A stretch of 64,000 nucleotides of DNA. It comes from Promethearchaeota archaeon Loki_b32 (GTDB lineage Archaea; Asgardarchaeota; Lokiarchaeia; Sigyniarchaeales; SOKP01). Made by a program: the position numbers and the translations under genes. The stretch's first letter is position 1. Every line of letters begins with the position of its first letter. Positions 60,631-64,000 of this stretch are shown here, piece by piece. The stretch lies in the NCBI GenBank assembly GCA_005223125.1, contig NJBH01000009.1, forward strand, positions 1 to 64,000, in the 5' to 3' direction. Below the pieces are notes generated by a model. The model worked only from the letters and a program-made list of their open reading frames with translations. It did no database searches and was not told the origin of the DNA.

Positions 60631-61890
60631 TTATTTTTCATAGATTGTAACCACACATGTGGCACCAGATCCTCCTAAATTATGAGTTAGGGCCTTTTCA
60701 ACATCAAATTTTACTTGTCTATTTCTTTCAGCAATACCACGCATTTGTTTAAAGGTTTCTACTGCCATAGCGGCTCCGGTCGCACCAACAGGATGTCCTT
60801 TCGATTTTAATCCTCCAGAAGTGTTAATTGGTCTTATTCCATCTCTCTTTGTTTCACCGTTTTTAATAGCTTCTGCTGCTTTACCCTTCTCATAAAAACC
60901 TAAATCTTCTAATGCGATTAACTCTGCAATTGTAAAACAGTCATGTACTTCGGCAATCTGTATATCTTTTGGTCCTAAGCCCGACATTTCATAAGCCTGT
61001 CTAGCTGCCTCTCGAGCTGCTATAAAACCAGTAATCTCACCTCGATCATGTAAAGAAAGCGCCGCACTTCCTTGTCCAGAGCCAGTTATCCAGATCGGTG
61101 TGTCAGTATACTTCTTTGCAACATCTTCCGCTGCCAAAAATACGCAAGCCGCCCCATCTGTAACTAATGAGCAATCAAATAATCTTAGGGGAGAAGCAAT
61201 CATAGGATTTGACGAGCTTCCTAAGAAATCCATTTCGTCTTTCCAATCAGGTATATCTCTTCCTTGAGATTCGAATTTCTTTATTTTACTCGCCATTATC
61301 TCTTTTAAGGATTGTTGCATTTGAGCATATGGATTTTCTTTTCCATTTTCATGGTTTTTTATCGCAATTCGCTTTAAATCATCGTGTGTAGTACCATATT
61401 TGTGGAAATGTGCAGAAGCTGCTGCTGCATATAATCCTGGAAAAGTGGCACCTGCAGGATATTCAAATAAATTATCTGAAGCGGTTGCTAAAGTATCAGT
61501 TACTAATGTAGTAGATACTTCTGTCATACACTCTACACCACTTATAGCTACAATATCGTGTACACCTGAAGCAATTGCTAATATCCCTTGACGAAACGCA
61601 ACACCGCTGCTAGCACATGCACCCTCAAATCTCGCAGCGGGTTTTGGAGTTAATCCAACCAAATTAGCCATTTGAGGTCCTAAATGTCCCTGATGGTTAA
61701 ACAAATCTGAGGAGTAATTTCCAACATAACATGCATCAATATCCTTAGGTTCAATACCATTGTCTACTCTATTCACAGCATCAATCCAAGCATCAACCCA
61801 CATATCGGGATTACGCTTAAGAGGAAAATTCCGTCCGAATTTACACATTCCAGCACCAATAATAGCGACTTTTCTAGCTAGTTTTCCCAT
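60631..61890 (-). CDS. acetyl-CoA acetyltransferase (SCP-x-type thiolase)
   Basis: EGACASSG, DCS..TDGA, EVHDCF, NTSGGL.SKGHPVGATG. Confidence 0.95.
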   Translation of the reverse strand: MGKLARKVAIIGAGMCKFGRNFPLKRNPDMWVDAWIDAVNRVDNGIEPKDIDACYVGNYSSDLFNHQGHLGPQMANLVGLTPKPAARFEGACASSGVAFRQGILAIASGVHDIVAISGVECMTEVSTTLVTDTLATASDNLFEYPAGATFPGLYAAAASAHFHKYGTTHDDLKRIAIKNHENGKENPYAQMQQSLKEIMASKIKKFESQGRDIPDWKDEMDFLGSSSNPMIASPLRLFDCSLVTDGAACVFLAAEDVAKKYTDTPIWITGSGQGSAALSLHDRGEITGFIAAREAARQAYEMSGLGPKDIQIAEVHDCFTIAELIALEDLGFYEKGKAAEAIKNGETKRDGIRPINTSGGLKSKGHPVGATGAAMAVETFKQMRGIAERNRQVKFDVEKALTHNLGGSGATCVVTIYEK

Positions 61891-61991
61891 AATTTCACCA
61901 TTTTTTGATATTAATCTTTATTATTTTTGAATTTAAAGAATTGAATTATCTAAAAATTATATTTCTTATTATTTTATCAAAAAGTTAACAC

Positions 61992-63224
61992 TTAATCATG
62001 AAAAAACCTAAGGAGGAACAATAGTTCAATTATTATTCCTATAGCACTAAAAATAAAAGGTGCAATATAATGAACATTTTCAACAATTAATCCGGCTATG
62101 ATTCCAGTAGGTATAAGTCCAATACCTCTAAAGAATGAGATTATACCGTAAGATTCCGCTTTCTGTTCTTCACCTAAATTAGTCATAATTATTTGTTCAG
62201 CAGGTATAAATGTACATACAGATAATGCAAATAAAATAAATCCAATACTTAGAGTAATGAATATTGTTTGTCTAATTTGATTCATCCATAAAATCACAGT
62301 TAATATATTCATAAAGAAAAAACCAAACCCAAAAAATTGACTCAAGATTAATGTTGTTTTATTGCCAATTTTATCAGTGATGCGTCCAGCAGGAATTTGA
62401 AAAAGAGCATTTCCTATATTAAACCATAAGTAAATGAAAGCAATATCAGCTTTAGTTAAATTGTAATACTTATATAAACCACCAGTATAAATTGATAGAG
62501 AAATGCTATATACGAAAATATCTAAAGTAAAGAAAATTAAAATGGATCTTGAAGTCTTGGTTGTTAAAATTTTCACCCATATATTATTCTTTTTCTTTTC
62601 AAGATTCTTATTTGGCATAGTTCGATTTTGAGAATCTATAGATTGAGCAGAAATAAAGAATGTAAAGATTATTCCCTCAATAACTAATAAAAGAATAAAA
62701 AACATAAAATAAAATCTTGAATTGATTATTTGAGTAAGAATTATGAATAAGGATCCAGCAATTGTTCCCGCAAAATAGGAAAAAAACATAAATCCGAAAA
62801 TCAAACCTTTCGATTTATTACTATTCTCAGCAACTAAAAATTGAGTATTTAGATTATTAATTATAAAACCTAAAAAGTAGAGCAATATTCCTAAAATGAC
62901 ATAATTTAAGCTATTCGGACTAGCTAAGATTAACAGGAAGAGTCCTAAGATATAGAGGGGAATACTTGAAATGAGTAAATATTTGCGGTTAAATTTATCA
63001 GAGAATTTACCTATTATAGGCATTGGTAAAAATTGCATTACTGTTCCAATTGAAATAATCAAACCCGTTAAGACTATTGAATTTGTGAGTTCCAGTAAAA
63101 AGGGTTGATATACTATGGTAAACATACCAGTACCAAAACCATGAATAAGTTTAGTTATGGCTAAAGCGATTAAATTTCTACGTTTACTTTTATCTAAACT
63201 ATTAAATACCATTGAAATATCCAA
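61992..63224 (-). CDS. MFS transporter
   Basis: GKFSDKFNRK and GRITDKIGNK motif A; 12 TM. Confidence 0.92.
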   Translation of the reverse strand: MDISMVFNSLDKSKRRNLIALAITKLIHGFGTGMFTIVYQPFLLELTNSIVLTGLIISIGTVMQFLPMPIIGKFSDKFNRKYLLISSIPLYILGLFLLILASPNSLNYVILGILLYFLGFIINNLNTQFLVAENSNKSKGLIFGFMFFSYFAGTIAGSLFIILTQIINSRFYFMFFILLLVIEGIIFTFFISAQSIDSQNRTMPNKNLEKKKNNIWVKILTTKTSRSILIFFTLDIFVYSISLSIYTGGLYKYYNLTKADIAFIYLWFNIGNALFQIPAGRITDKIGNKTTLILSQFFGFGFFFMNILTVILWMNQIRQTIFITLSIGFILFALSVCTFIPAEQIIMTNLGEEQKAESYGIISFFRGIGLIPTGIIAGLIVENVHYIAPFIFSAIGIIIELLFLLRFFHD

Positions 63225-63349
63225 TAAACTCTATTTTAATTTTAATAATTTTAATGTAGAAAATACATAATTAAACAAGAATATTATTTTTCTATATTAA
63301 TTTAGAATGATTAAACTCCCAAATTTGGAGAAGTTATAAAATAATGTGT

Positions 63350-63745
63350 TTACTTTTCTTTTTTTTTCATTTTTTTAAGGTTATTTAAAGCTATCTTGTA
63401 TCCTTTATTCTTATTTGCTCTATCTTCTAATCCAGTGCAGGGAAACTCTTGGCATTGATAACAATATTCCAATTTCTTATCATTTATACAACAATCTCTA
63501 ATCCAACATTCTTTTGTCCAACACTCAGAAAGTTCACCCCTACAAGTACTACAATGAAAATCTTCTGGCTTTACATTATCCCACATCTTATCAAATATTC
63601 TAACTAATTTAGAAGCAATTCTGGGGTTAATTGGGGCTTGATAGATCTGACAATTACTGCAATCTAAACCACAAACCGAAATTATTTTTTGAATTCGAAA
63701 AGTTTTCACATCTTTCATGATTTTGATAATCCTTTCCTTTAACAA
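63350..63745 (-). CDS. DUF3795 cysteine-rich protein
   Basis: CGLDCSNC, CSTC, CWIRDCC, CYQCQEFPC. Confidence 0.85.
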   Translation of the reverse strand: MLKERIIKIMKDVKTFRIQKIISVCGLDCSNCQIYQAPINPRIASKLVRIFDKMWDNVKPEDFHCSTCRGELSECWTKECWIRDCCINDKKLEYCYQCQEFPCTGLEDRANKNKGYKIALNNLKKMKKKEK

Positions 63746-63810
63746 AAACCTCTCAATAAAGTGTCTAGATTAATATCTTTATCTAAATAATAAAGTTGAT
63801 TTATGTCCAT

Positions 63811-64000
63811 TTAATATTCAATACCATATCTAGCTGTTATTCCTTGGGAGGAATAATAATGTTTTATCATTCTCATTTCAGTTACTAAATCTGCTAATTC
63901 CTTTATTTTAGGGTGCATTTTTGGCCCTCCTGTAAGTATTAATTCTACTCGACTTGGTTTCCTTTTAATAAGATTTAAAACCGGTTCAACTGTTATCACA
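63811..64000 (-). CDS. cob(I)alamin adenosyltransferase (CobA/CobO/BtuR), C-terminal part, truncated by window edge
   Basis: ELILTG, ADLVTEM..IKHYY..G..AR.GIEY. Confidence 0.85.
   Translation of the reverse strand, partial: VITVEPVLNLIKRKPSRVELILTGGPKMHPKIKELADLVTEMRMIKHYYSSQGITARYGIEY

Noticed and set aside
639-61591. Numerous short ORF-track entries antisense to or nested in longer genes (e.g. 639-965, 11327-11695, 31234-31578, 37174-37371, 44932-45234, 48433-48789)
   Set aside because: Shadow ORFs overlapping well-supported genes or remnants, with no recognisable motifs
1-64000. CRISPR array, integrase, transposase or prophage
   Set aside because: No regularly spaced repeat-spacer array or recognisable mobile-element ORF seen

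Overview
AT-rich archaeal chromosome segment, most consistent with an Asgard (Lokiarchaeia-like) genome. The basis is an archaeal tRNA-Leu, Alba, a histone-fold protein, HerA/NurA/Mre11/Rad50, a Sec11-type signal peptidase and a thiolase/DUF35 pair, together with single-domain gelsolin-, LRR-, C2- and small-GTPase-like proteins. It holds about 65 mostly metabolic or housekeeping genes and several decayed gene remnants. I saw no CRISPR array, integrase or transposase. The most notable observations are: (1) a split 'reductase domain + ATP-dependent activase + small protein + PlsC-fold protein' operon (3362-6489) resembling the bacterial plasmalogen synthase / glycerol-ester reductase (PlsA/PlsR/Ger) modules, preceded by a scrambled remnant of paralogous genes and a 90-bp direct repeat; (2) six genes whose apparent N-termini lie upstream of the first ATG/GTG/TTG and seem to start at ATT/ATA or other near-cognate codons, five of them 6-7 nt after a GGTGA Shine-Dalgarno; (3) a degenerate small-GTPase + Zn-ribbon + tandem stand-alone 7TM cluster; and (4) a UvrD-HerA-NurA-Mre11-Rad50 block abutting a divergent short-histone/Alba pair. 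All family assignments come from motif recognition by eye; no searches were run.
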